DNA of 64,000 nt from the NCBI GenBank assembly GCA_038087875.1, contig CM075988.1, positions 25,546,001-25,610,000 on the forward strand, written 5' to 3'. The translations under genes were made by a program, and so were the position numbers. Each line of letters starts with the position of its first letter. Position 1 is the stretch's first letter. This document shows positions 37,790-49,387 of this stretch, piece by piece. The notes under the pieces are model-generated. The model was given only the letters and a program-made list of their open reading frames with translations, was not told the DNA's origin and did no database searches. Source of the DNA: Malacoraja senta (taxonomy: Eukaryota).

Positions 37790-37800
37790 TGCTCTTCCAT
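37790..37800 (-). CDS. Candidate IL-18-like start-codon exon (coding part ATG GAA GAG CA)
   Basis: Strong Kozak context gcagtcATGG and a perfect GTAAGT donor. Phase 2 fits the 36447 acceptor, giving MEEQ. Confidence 0.4.
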
Positions 37801-38039
37801 GACTGCAGTCTTCTGAATGATCCTGTCGGATTTCGAAGTGCAAACCTCGATTGGGCATTGTGTGAATAAGTAAACGCCTGCCTGCTTTCCTCAGCCAGAC
37901 ATGGGAAATAGATTGTCTTTCTTTCGCAAGACTCTGAAGGACAAGAAACTAGTCGCTATGTACTTTAAGGTATTTCAACTTAGTTACTATCATGTTTTGT
38001 TTTCATCGTTGCAATTTCGTTTTTATTGGGGAAATACAG

Positions 38040-38345
38040 AAGAGCGCTCTCTGTCTCATACAGACCGTTATCAAATAATATACAAGGAAACAATTCAGAT
38101 GGCCTTCCCTAATGTGGAAGCAATCTTGCGGCTGTTTCTTAGCTTAATGGTCACCAACTGCTCGGGAGAGAGAGGTCTTTTTCAAGACTCAAAAGAATTT
38201 AAAATGAATTAAGATCCGCAATGTCTCAAGAGAGGTTGTATGCACTGAGCATTGTGTGCATTGAGAGTGACAAACTTAGACAAACATCTTGGTGAACCTC
38301 TGGATGATTTCGCTATGAAGAAGGCGAGAAAAAAAACATTTTTGC
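38040..38345 (+). mobile_element. hAT transposase relic (C-terminal dimerisation domain), frameshifted
   Basis: FPNVEAILRLFLSLMVTNCSGER..FSRLKRIKNELRSAMSQERL..LSI..IESD..DDFAMKKARK across frames. Confidence 0.8.
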
Positions 38346-39006
38346 TCTTAGTGTATTTGTAGTTTCTTTATTTCTTAATATTCCACATTCAATTCAAGAG
38401 ACAATTATTCTCACATGCACCAATTGGTACAAATGAAATTTGGGGTCACCATCCGACGTCGGAACGGTAGAACATTCTCAGCGTTTTCATTTGTTATCTT
38501 GGATGAAAAAATCATTGATACAAATGCAGCAGAAAGATAGAACAGCCTTGGCATGTTCCCGATGTTGGGGGAGTCCAGAACCAGGGGCCACAGGTTTAAG
38601 AATAAGGGGTAAGCCATTTAGAAAGGAGACGATGAAACACTTTTTCTCACAGAGAGTGGTGAGTCTGTGGAATTCTCTGCCTCAGAGGGTGGTGGAGGCC
38701 AGTTCTCAAAAGAGAGTTAGATAAGGCTCTTAAAGATAGCGGATATGGGGAGAAGGCAGGAACGGGGGTACTGATTGTGGATGATCAGCCATGATCACAG
38801 TGAATGGGCCTACTCCTGCACCTATTGTCTATTGTCTATTGTCTAACTGGGGGGTTTGTTTTGCTGTGGCTCCTATAATCAGTTTCATTGCTGGGTCACC
38901 ACTCAACATGTGGAGCTGCCTTTAGTCTCAGCTCCTGTCGGATGTATATCTTTCCAAAGTTTCTGCTGGAACCTTTCAGCAGTGGCACTGTCATGTGGAG
39001 CCCAGA

Positions 39007-39130
39007 CACACACACACACACACACAGACACACACACACACACACCCACGCACGCACACACACACACACACACACCCACGCACGCACACACACACACACA
39101 CACACCCACACATGCACACACGCACACACC

Positions 39131-39172
<42 letters not shown>

Positions 39173-39187
39173 TGCACGCACGCACGG

Positions 39188-39261
<74 letters not shown>

Positions 39262-39333
39262 CCACGCATGCACGCACGCAACACACACATACACACACAC
39301 ACACACACACACCCACACACACACACACACACA

Positions 39334-39386
<53 letters not shown>

Positions 39387-39509
39387 GCACGCACGCACAC
39401 ACACACATACACACACACACACACCCACACACACACACACCCACACACACACCCACACACACCCACACACACCCACACACACACACACACACCCACACAC
39501 ACCCACACA

Positions 39510-39540
<31 letters not shown>

Positions 39541-39549
39541 CCACGCACG

Positions 39550-39580
<31 letters not shown>

Positions 39581-39745
39581 CCACGCACGCGCACGCATGC
39601 ACGCACGCACGCACGCACGCACGCACGCGCACGCACATACGCACGCACGCACGCCACGCACGCACGCACGCACACACGCACACACGCGCACACACACACA
39701 CACGCACACACACACACACGCACACACGCATGCACGCACGCACGG

Positions 39746-39803
<58 letters not shown>

Positions 39804-39822
39804 GCACGCACGCACCCACGCA

Positions 39823-39877
<55 letters not shown>

Positions 39878-39884
39878 GCACCCA

Positions 39885-39930
<46 letters not shown>
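39007..39930 (+). repeat. Compound (CA)n/(CACG)n microsatellite
   Basis: Direct reading. Confidence 0.98.
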
Positions 39931-39939
<9 letters not shown>

Positions 39940-40242
39940 CACTTTGATCGCTTCCTCTCCAGAGCATGGAGAGGGGAAGGAGGCTGTGTGATTTACTCAT
40001 TCCTCTCCCTATTTCCCGGTGTGTGTGGGAGTGAATGGAAAGGCCACGTAGAGTCGGTGTTCAGAGTAAAGGGCGATTTATTACAGTTTTTTGTCAATCG
40101 CTTTGACACTAGTTTCAGTATCTTGATGTCATTTTTCACAACTCTAGATACAAAACTCAAAACGGTCACCACTTGTATCACAGGCTGTCCAACGTGCAAA
40201 ACATTGCATTGTGTATTCATATCTTTAAAGATAGCTTGCACG

Positions 40243-41656
40243 CAAGTCAAGTCAAGTGAGTTTATTGTCATGTGTCCCTGGTAGGACAATGAAATTCTTG
40301 CTTTGCTTGAGCACAACAGAACATAGTAGGCATTTACTACAAGGCATTCTATAAATATATACACAATGGTCAATATACTGATAAAATGCAAATAACAGTA
40401 TTGGCTAGTAAAGTTCAGTGTTATGTCCGAGCCAGGTTTAATAGCCTGATGGCTGTGGGGAAGTAGCTGTTCCTGAACCTGGTCGTTGCAGTCTTCAGGC
40501 TCCTGTACCTTCTACCTGAAGGTAGCGGGGAGGTGAGTGTGTGGCCAGGATGGTGTGGGTCCTTGATGATACTGCCAGCCTTTTTGAGGCAGCGACTGTG
40601 ATAGATCCCCTCGATGGAAGGGAGGTCAGAGCCGATGATGGACTGGGCAGTGTTTACTACTTTTTGTAGTCTTTTCCTCTCCAGGGCACTCAAGTTGCCG
40701 AACCAAGCCACGATGCAACCGGTCAGCATGCTCTCTACTGTGCACCTGTAGAAGTTAGAGAGAGTCCTCCTTGACAAACCGACTCTCCGTAATCTTCTCA
40801 GGAAGTAGAGGCACTGATGTGCTTTCTTAATAATGGCATCATTGTTCTCGGACCAGGAAAGATCTTCAGAGATGTGCACGCCCAGGAATTTGAAGCTCTT
40901 GACCCTTTCAACCATCGACCCGTTGATATAAACGGGACTGTGGGTCCCCATCCTACTCCTTCCAAAGTCCACAATCAGTTCCTTGGTTTTGCTGGTGTTG
41001 AGGGCCAGGTTATTGTGCTGGCACCATATGGACAGTTGCTCGATCTCTCTTCTATACTCTGACTCATCCCCATCAGTGATACGTCCCACAACAGTGGTGT
41101 CATCAGCGAACTTGATGATGAAGTTTGCACTATGTCCGGCTACGCAGTCATGAGTATAGAGTGAGTACAGCAGGGGGCTGAGCACGCAGCCTTGAGGTGC
41201 TCCCGTGCTGATTGTTATCGAGTCTGACACATTTCCACCAATACGAACAGACTGTGGTCTGAGAGTGAGGAAGTCGAGGATCCAATTGCAGAGGGATGCG
41301 CAGAGACCCAGTTCTGCGAGTTTGGTAACCAGCTTGGAGGGGATGATTGTGTTAAATGCCGAGCTGTAATCGATGAATAACAGCCTTACATATGAGTTTT
41401 TGTTGTCCAAGTGGTCCAGAGCGGAGTGGAGGGCCAGCGAGATCGCATCCACCGTTGATCTGTTGTGGCGGCAAGCGAAATGCAGTGGGTCCAGGTTTTT
41501 GTCGAGGTAGGAGTTGATCTGCGTCATGATCAACCTCTCAAAGCACTTCATCACCACAGGCGTTAGTGCCACAGGTCGATAGTCATTGAGGCACGTCACC
41601 TTACTCTTCTTGGGCACTGGTATAATTGATGCCCTTTTGAAGCAGGTGGGGCCAAT
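40243..41656 (-). mobile_element. Rex1/Babar-clade LINE (5'-truncated, intact 412-codon RT frame) inserted in the DNA transposon
   Basis: [53 protein letters not shown] and KFADD. (TTGAC)n tail. Confidence 0.92.
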
Positions 41657-42047
41657 CACAGAATCATTGGTTCAAACAACTCATTTATCATGAAATACCA
41701 TAGGGACATTTCTTTAGATCACCCACACACAACATACACATAGTTTCACTGTTTAGTTGTTCGTACAACCATTAAATATTGTAGTACAAAATATGTGATA
41801 CATGTTTCATCCTGTGCTGCATGTAATGTCACTGTAAAAGGATTAGTAGAGAGAATACCACAGACACAGTGGAATCATTGAACAAAGCTGAAATTTATTG
41901 ATGAATACAAACTAAATGACAACATAGGTTGAATGAAAGCAACAATTACTGTAACAAAACAAAAAAAAAGTCCTGCAAAACCAACTGCCGTGTTCCTCAC
42001 CTGGCTACTGTACAGTAAGAAAAAAAAGCTAAACAAAGGATCAACAA

Positions 42048-44829
42048 TCACTCGTCATCCCCATCAACCCTGTCTTGTGGATTGGGCCACAGGTTCTCAT
42101 CCACATCCGCATAGATGTTTTCGTTTGCCAAACATCTTGGAAAGTACCTTCGCGCATGGCGAATCCAGGCCTGACACTGGTCTGCTGTAATGTCATCGCA
42201 GGCATTGTCCATGGCCTGAAGAAGGGTCACTTGTTGATGCGGATGCCGATCGTACACTTTCCACCTCCATGTGGAGAAAAATTCCTCAATGGGGTTAAGG
42301 AAAGGAGAGTATGGGGGCAAGTACACAGTGAGGAACTGTGGATGGGCCTGAAACCATGCCTGCACCAGATGAGCGTGGTGGAACCTGACGTTGTCCCACA
42401 CAATGACATAAATTACACCAACAGCTCTACAGACTAGAGTTAGCTCATCAAGAAATGCAATGCGCCAATCTCTGTATGCGCCAATCAGAGATCTACGCCC
42501 TACCACACCATCTTCTGATATCGCCGCACACATACTGATGTTGGCCCCACGTCGTGCAGGTACTTGTATGGTTGCCCGCTGGCCAATTAAATTTCGCCCT
42601 CTCCTCCTTGTCTTGGCCAGCTTGAAGCCTGCCTCATCCACAAAAACAAATTTGTGATGATTGTCATCTGCATCCAGGGCCATCACCCTCTATGTACAAA
42701 AAGACATGTTGGAAAGAGAATTACTGTACAGTATTGATTACAGTACAATGATGGGGAATTTTTCACAAACAGGCATCATGAAACTGAACATACCTGAACA
42801 TACTCAATCCTCAGTTGCTTCACTCTGTCTGCATTTCTTTCAAAAGGCACACGGTACAACTGTTTGAGGGACACCTGGTGCCTTTTCAGAAGACGTGCAA
42901 TGGTCGGCAAACTTATGGCTTCCACATTCCTGAAGAGATCTTCATCGTCCAGGATGTTCTGTCTGATTTCTCTAAGCCGAATGTCATTTCTGGCCCAGAC
43001 CATGTTGACCACAGCCCGTTCCTGTTCCTCAGTGAGGAGTCTGCCTCTGCCTCCACTATTGGGTCTTGTCTCAATTCTGTAGGGAATATGACGGGAAGGA
43101 CATGTCATCATACTGTAGAACACATTATCATAGTCACATTACCTACTCTGTGCTGCACATTGGCTACTCTGTGCTGCACATTGGCTACTCTGTGCTGCAC
43201 ATTACCTACTCTGTGCTGCACATTGGCATGCAGTGTACAATCATTTGACAATTACAGTAAGAGTAGCCTACAGTACTGTAATGTTTACTGTAGTGCATGC
43301 TGAAGACTTACCGGTTCTCATTGCGGAAAGTTCTAATGATTGAGGCCACGGTTGATCTTCTAAGGTTTGGTTGTATCATTCTCGCTGCCTCAATCATTGT
43401 CATGCCATGATTGATGTCATGATCTACAACCATTGCTCTAATCTCATTGGAGACTCTTTGCCGTTGCTGTCTTGGTCCTTGTCCTCGACCCCATTCCACC
43501 ACACCTCTCAAACAGGGCCCATGGCCACCTCTCAAACGGGGCCCCATGGCCACCTCTCAAACAGGGCCCATGGCCACCTCTCAAACGGGGCCCCATGGCC
43601 ACCTCTCAAACGGGGCCCATGGCCACCTCTCAAACGGGGCCCCATGGCCACCTCTCAAACGGGGCCCATGGCCACCTCTCAAACGGGGCCCCATGGCCAC
43701 CTCTCAAACGGGGCCCATGGCCACCTCTAAAACGGGGCCCATGGCCACCTCTCAAACGGGGCCCCATGGCCACCTCTCAAACGGGGCCCATGGCCACCTC
43801 TAAAACGGGGCCCATGGCCACCTCTCAAACGGGGCCCATGGCCACCTCTCAAACAGGGCCCATGGCCACCGCTCAAACGGGGCCCATGGCCACCTCTCAA
43901 ACGGGGCCCATGGCCACCTCTCAAACGGGGCCCCATGGCCACCTCTCAAACGGGGCCCATGGCCACCTCTCAAACGGGGCCCATGGCCACCTCTCAAACG
44001 GGGCCCCATGGCCACCTCTCAAACGGGGCCCATGGCCACCTCTCAAACGGGGCCCATGGCCACCTCTCAAACGGGGCCCCATGGCCACCTCTCAAACGGG
44101 GCCCATGGCCACCTCTCAAACGGGGCCCCATGGCCACCTCTCAAACGGGGCCCATGGCCACCTCTCAAACGGGGCCCCATGGCCACCTCTCAAACGGGGC
44201 CCATGGCCACCTCTAAAACGGGGCCCATGGCCACCTCTCAAACGGGGCCCCATGGCCACCTCTCAAACGGGGCCCATGGCCACCTCTAAAACGGGGCCCA
44301 TGGCCACCTCTCAAACGGGGCCCATGGCCACCTCTCAAACAGGGCCCATGGCCACCGCTCAAACGGGGCCCATGGCCACCTCTCAAACGGGGCCCATGGC
44401 CACCTCTCAAACGGGGCCCCATGGCCACCTCTCAAACGGGGCCCATGGCCACCTCTCAAACGGGGCCCATGGCCACCTCTCAAACGGGGCCCCATGGCCA
44501 CCTCTCAAACGGGGCCCATGGCCACCTCTCAAACGGGGCCCATGGCCACCTCTCAAACGGGGCCCCATGGCCACCTCTCAAACGGGGCCCATGGCCACCT
44601 CTCAAACGGGGCCCCATGGCCACCTCTCAAACGGGGCCCATGGCCACCTCTCAAACAGGGCCCCATGGCCACCTCTCAAACGGGGCCCATGGCCACCTCT
44701 CAAACGGGGCCCATGGCCACCTCTCAAAAGGGGTGCTTGTCCCCTGCCATTCCTTTGACCACGTCTTCCTCCTCTTCCTCCTCTTCCTTCTCCTACTTGA
44801 CCTCTATGGTGCCCACCTGCCTGCTCCAT
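42048..44829 (-). pseudogene. Three-exon transposase gene (44829-43312, 43076-42794, 42689-42048); exon 1 disrupted by a minisatellite
   Basis: GT-AG introns 43311-43077 (CG|gtaagt..ctacag|A) and 42793-42690 (CAG|gtatgt..acatag|AGG) join in frame. HTH-like N-terminus, then VDEAG..WDNVRFH-(35 aa from D to E)-PFLNPIE. Confidence 0.88.
43503..44728 (+). repeat. 24/25-bp GC-rich minisatellite (ATGGCCACCTCTCAAACGGGGCCC[C]), about 50 units, with a 486-bp higher-order duplication
   Basis: Direct reading. Identical ORF pairs are offset by 486 nt (43727/44213, 43800/44286). Confidence 0.97.
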
Positions 44830-46199
44830 GTTGTATCACTACAGATGTTGTTGTGGATGCCACTTACACCCATACCACAAGGCCAGATCAATCATCAGTA
44901 ACGAACTGGTGTCACAGGTGGTGTCAATCATTGTCGTCATCCTGAAACTTTCATGATCTGAACATGCTCATCCTCAGTTTCCATAAGACTATGCTTTAAG
45001 AGTAATGCAACAGTTACTTGTCATTTTGAGCAGTTGTATCAATTGATAGTTAGATTATTGTAATGAAATGAATAGACAGTCATCTCAAATGTAATGTGTA
45101 AATTGCATTTTGAAATGGTTATACTTTGATGTTAAGTTGTGTCATTTTGAACAGGTGATTATAGTTCAATGGACAAATGATCTTTGGTTTATGTGAATTG
45201 TATCCAAGAAATTGGAAAAAGTGTTAGAGTTTTGAAAAAAGTGCATTTTGATCATTGGTTGTGAGTTTTGTATCTAGAGTTGTGAAAAATGACATCAAGG
45301 TTCTGAAACTAGTGTCAAAGCGATTGACAAAAACTGTATTAACACCGTTGTGCACCGACCAGTCAATGCTTCTCTGAGCGTTTATTGGTACAGCATTTAT
45401 ATTCTCAACGGACAAGATTACACGTAAACTTGATCAACAGTAAAACTAGCACTTGACTACAGAATGGAGGTGGCAGGAAGACTAAATCAGTTATTAAACT
45501 AGATCTCAATTACCACATGGAGGTTACAGAAAGACTTAATTAGATAACAAGCTAAGTCTTGATAATAGAATAAAATGATTATCCACAAGTCTAAGTTGGT
45601 TGACAGTAGATCCAGTTTTCTGCTGCAATGATGGGCATACGTTAAAACATCATTAATGACGAGCCTGAAACTTGGACGTCGATACTGCTGTATTCCATGT
45701 CTTTACATTTAGCCTTTGTGGTTCCCTGTCACCACATTAGGACAATCCACCTCCCCATGCACTTGTTATGAGCTCCCACTATTCATTCATCTACAGTAAG
45801 CAGCAAATAATTTAATGAATCAGAACCCTCTGGGGGGATGTTAGGGAAATTCTCGCGCTCGAGTTTTTTGGATGGCAGGGTGTGGCGGACCTGGGCCCCT
45901 GCAGTCAGGATGTGACATATCCCATGGCCCAGGCTCATGTTCATTCACACACTCTGATATTACTCAGGGAAAACCTGCTGTCACTTTCCGTTCTTCCATG
46001 TTAATCTGGAGAGAATGCGTTTGGAGATTAGTTCCTCAATCAGAGTGTTAAATTTAGCCGGACTCTAAACCACAGGATGTTGTGGAGCTTCTGACTTGTG
46101 ACTCTTCCTCCAGTTGATGTGCACATAATTACTCGAGCAGGAGACCCGCAGGGCAAGAGATGGACATCCAATGGGTACAAAGTGTGTTATCAAATGGAG

Positions 46200-46780
46200 A
46201 GAGACACAAAATGCTGGAGTAACTCAGCGGGACAGGTAGCATCTCTGGACAGAAGGAATGGATGACATTCCAGATCAATAGACAATAGACAATAGGTGCA
46301 GGAGTAGGCCATTTGGCCTTCTAGCCAGCACCGTCATTCATTGTGACCATGGCTGATCATCCCCAATCAGTACCCCGTTCTTGCCTTCTCCCCATATCCC
46401 CTGACTCCACTATCTTTAAGAGCCCTATCTAGCTCTCTCTTGAAAGCATCCAGAGAACCTGCCTCCACCGCCCTCTGAGGCAGAGAATTCCACAGACTCA
46501 CCACTCTCTGTGAGAAAAAGTGTTTCCTCTTCTCCGTTCTAAATGGCTTACCCCTTATTTGTAAACTGTGGCCCCTGTTTCTGGACTCCCCCAACATCGG
46601 GAACATGTTTCCTGCCTCTAGCGTGTCCGAACCCTTAACAAGGGTCGAGACTCTTCTTCAGACTCGACCTGAAACGTCACCCATTTCTTCTCTCCAGAGA
46701 TGCTGCCTGTCCCACTGAGTTACTCCAACACTTTGTGTCTATCTTCGGTGTAATCCAGCATCTGCAGTTCCTTCCTACAC
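46200..46780. mobile_element. Penelope-derived inverted repeat with a CR1 3' fragment (about 46275-46640, -) inserted
   Basis: Arms tgctggagtaactcagcgggacagg and cctgtcccactgagttactcc. CR1 WNSLPQRAVEAG and (TCTATTG)n tail. Confidence 0.8.
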
Positions 46781-49387
46781 CTCTAAGCACCCAGCTGTGG
46801 ACTCGATGGGCTGAAGGGCCTGTTTCTGTGCTGTATCTCTATACTAAACTTAACTAAATGGAGGCTAATGATTAAAAATCAGTCAATTAGCTTAAAGGTT
46901 CATAATCTTTGACAATCCATCAAATAGAATGGAGTTCAAGAGATAATGACATTGCAAGCCTCTTCTCTGTTGCTTAGCTATGGTGAGACAGTTCATTGTT
47001 TTTTCCACTTTTACCATCTGATCTAACCCAGAGAACCTCTCTCTTTCCCACATGGAGACTGAAGAAGGGTCTGCCAGATCCACGCCTGGATCCGAACATA
47101 ACACACACACTTCAAGCTTTCTTCTTCCCGCCCCCCCCCCCCCCCCACCCCTCCCCACCCTACATCAGTCTGAAGAAGGGGTTCGGCCCAAAACGTCGCC
47201 TATTTCCTTCGCTCCATAGATGCTGCCTCACCCGCTGAGTTTCTCCAGCATTTTTGTCTACCTTCAATTTTCCAGCATCTGCAGTTCCTTTTTAAACATC
47301 ATAAGTGATAGGAGCAGAATTAGGCCATTCGGCCCATCAAGTCCACTCCGCCATTCAATCATGGCTGATCTATCTCTCTCCCCTATCCCCATTCTCCTGC
47401 CTTCTCCCCATAACCTCTGGCGCCTGTCTCACAGTAACACTTGAAACATTTAAATACTTTTACCATGACATTGTCCCAATGTGAAGCACCGTCAGTCCCT
47501 TCCCTCCACAGATGCTACCTGGCCCGCTGAGTTTCTCCAGCACTTTACTATTTATTCTCTCGTTCCCACCTCCTCACTGACCCAGGCAAGCTCTACCTCG
47601 CTCAATGCCTGCATTATTCTAGACAACCCCCAATCCAAACGTTAGTATTGTTTCTCTGGTTAGCAAGCAACAAAAGCTTTTCACGTGACAATAAACTAAA
47701 TTAAAATCAGTGCCATATCTTTGCTAATATTAACTACAAATGCAGAGGTAAATGAATATAAAAGTCAGGTTATAGAATACACAATCAATAATTCAACTTA
47801 GACAAAAATGCTGGAGAAACTCAGCGGGTGAGGCAGCATCTATAGAGTGAAGGGCAGCTCCGTAGATGCTGCCTCACCTGCTGAGCCTCTCCAGCATTTT
47901 TGTCTACCAATAATTCAACTTAGTGTTTTGGCCAGAGAAGTAGGGAAAGTTATTTTCTGTTCCTGTTTCATTTTCCACACGTGTGAGGATCCTTTTGATC
48001 CAAGTCATGAACATAGACAATGGGAGATTGCAACCTTCACGTGTTTCGACGAATGCAATCAACCTGGCGTGCACAATCAAATAAGTTCAAATAGAACAAG
48101 TTGTGCTACAACTTTAGGCTGTGCACGCCATACGCAAGAAGGAGAGGAACACAGATAATAAATACTGCTGAGCTATTGAAGGGACGATAGGTGTTAATGA
48201 AGCTAAATCAGGCTTGCCTTTACTCCACTGCTTTTTTTAACAGACAATAGACAATAGACAATAGGTGCAGGAGTAGGCCATTTGGCCCCTCGAGCCAGCA
48301 CCGCCATTCAATGTGATCATGGCTGATCTTCCCCAATCAGTACCCTGTTCCTGCCTTCTCCCATATCCACTGACCCCGCTATTTTTAAGAGCCCTATCTA
48401 GCTCTCTCTTGAAAGCATCCAGAGAACCTGCCTCCACCGCCCTCTGTGGCAGAGAATTCCACAGACTCACCACTCTCTGTGAGAAAAAGTGTTTCCTCGT
48501 CTCCGTTCTAAATGGCTTACTCCTTATTCTTAAACTGTGGCCCCTGGTTCTGGACTCCCCCAACATCGGGAACATGTTTCCTGCCTCTAGCGTGTCCAAG
48601 CCCTTAACATTCTTATATGTTTCAATGAAGGTAGATAGCTGATAGCTTCAATGGCTAGATGGCTTTAGTAAATGTAGATGACGCTATAAGGAGATTGAGA
48701 TAATTGAAGTGAATGGGAAAGAATTTGCCAAATGGAGTATGGTGTGGGAAAATGGACATTTACCACTTTTGGCATGAGAATTTAGTTTAGTTTAGAGATA
48801 CAATGCGGAAACAGGCCCTTCAGCCCATCGAGTCCATGCCGACCAGCGATCCCCGTACACTAAGGACAATTTACAAGTTTACCGATGCCAATTAACCTAC
48901 AAACCTGTACGTCTTTGGAGCGTGCGAGGAAACCAGAGATCCCGGAGAAAACCCACGCAGGTCACGGGGAGAACGTACAAACTCCGTACACACAGCACCC
49001 ATAGTCAGGATTGAACCCGGGTCTCTGGCGCAGTAAGGCAGCAACTCCACCGCTGCCCGCCTGTGCCAAACTACAAAAAGCATATTATGGAAATAGTGAT
49101 GAAGAGTTGAGAACATGGGATCTGGGGCGAGTTGGCCAAACTTTGGATACAACAATGGCTTGAAGGTGGGATAGAGAGAGTCTTGGCCGAGGGTGTTTTT
49201 TCATCTTGGAGGCCTGTAACATGGTGTAGCACAGTGATCAGTGCTGGATCCACCGTTTGTCAATATTTATATTGATGACTTTGGAGGTGAATGTGGGTGG
49301 CATGTTAGTAAGTTTGTGGTTGACACTAAAATCAGTGATATAGCAGCCAATCTAATTGTTCAAGTGAAGTATCTAGGTTATCTATAG

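Larger units (their letters stand above)
40084..45336 (-). mobile_element. IS630/Tc1/mariner DNA transposon (DD35E) with both TIRs and TA target duplication
   Basis: TA|CAGTTTTT(T)GTCAATCGCTTTGACACTAGTTTCAG.. at 40084, inverted at ..45336|TA. TIR similarity extends for about 75 bp. The transposase is internal. Confidence 0.92.

Noticed and set aside
37901..38212. 103-aa ORF as a host ZMYM-like gene
   Set aside because: Only a frameshifted hAT dimerisation-domain remnant, with no upstream domains.
38856..40284. His/Thr- and Cys/Val-rich ORFs
   Set aside because: Translations of the (CA)n compound microsatellite.
43503..44728. Regular 24-25-bp repeats resembling a CRISPR array
   Set aside because: No unique spacers, no cas genes and a eukaryotic context. 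It is a tandem minisatellite.
45840..45995. NF-kB-like motifs (GGGAAATTCT, GGGAAAACCT); also GGGATTTTCC on - near 59281
   Set aside because: Imperfect or isolated 10-mers expected by chance in 64 kb, with no conservation or chromatin evidence.
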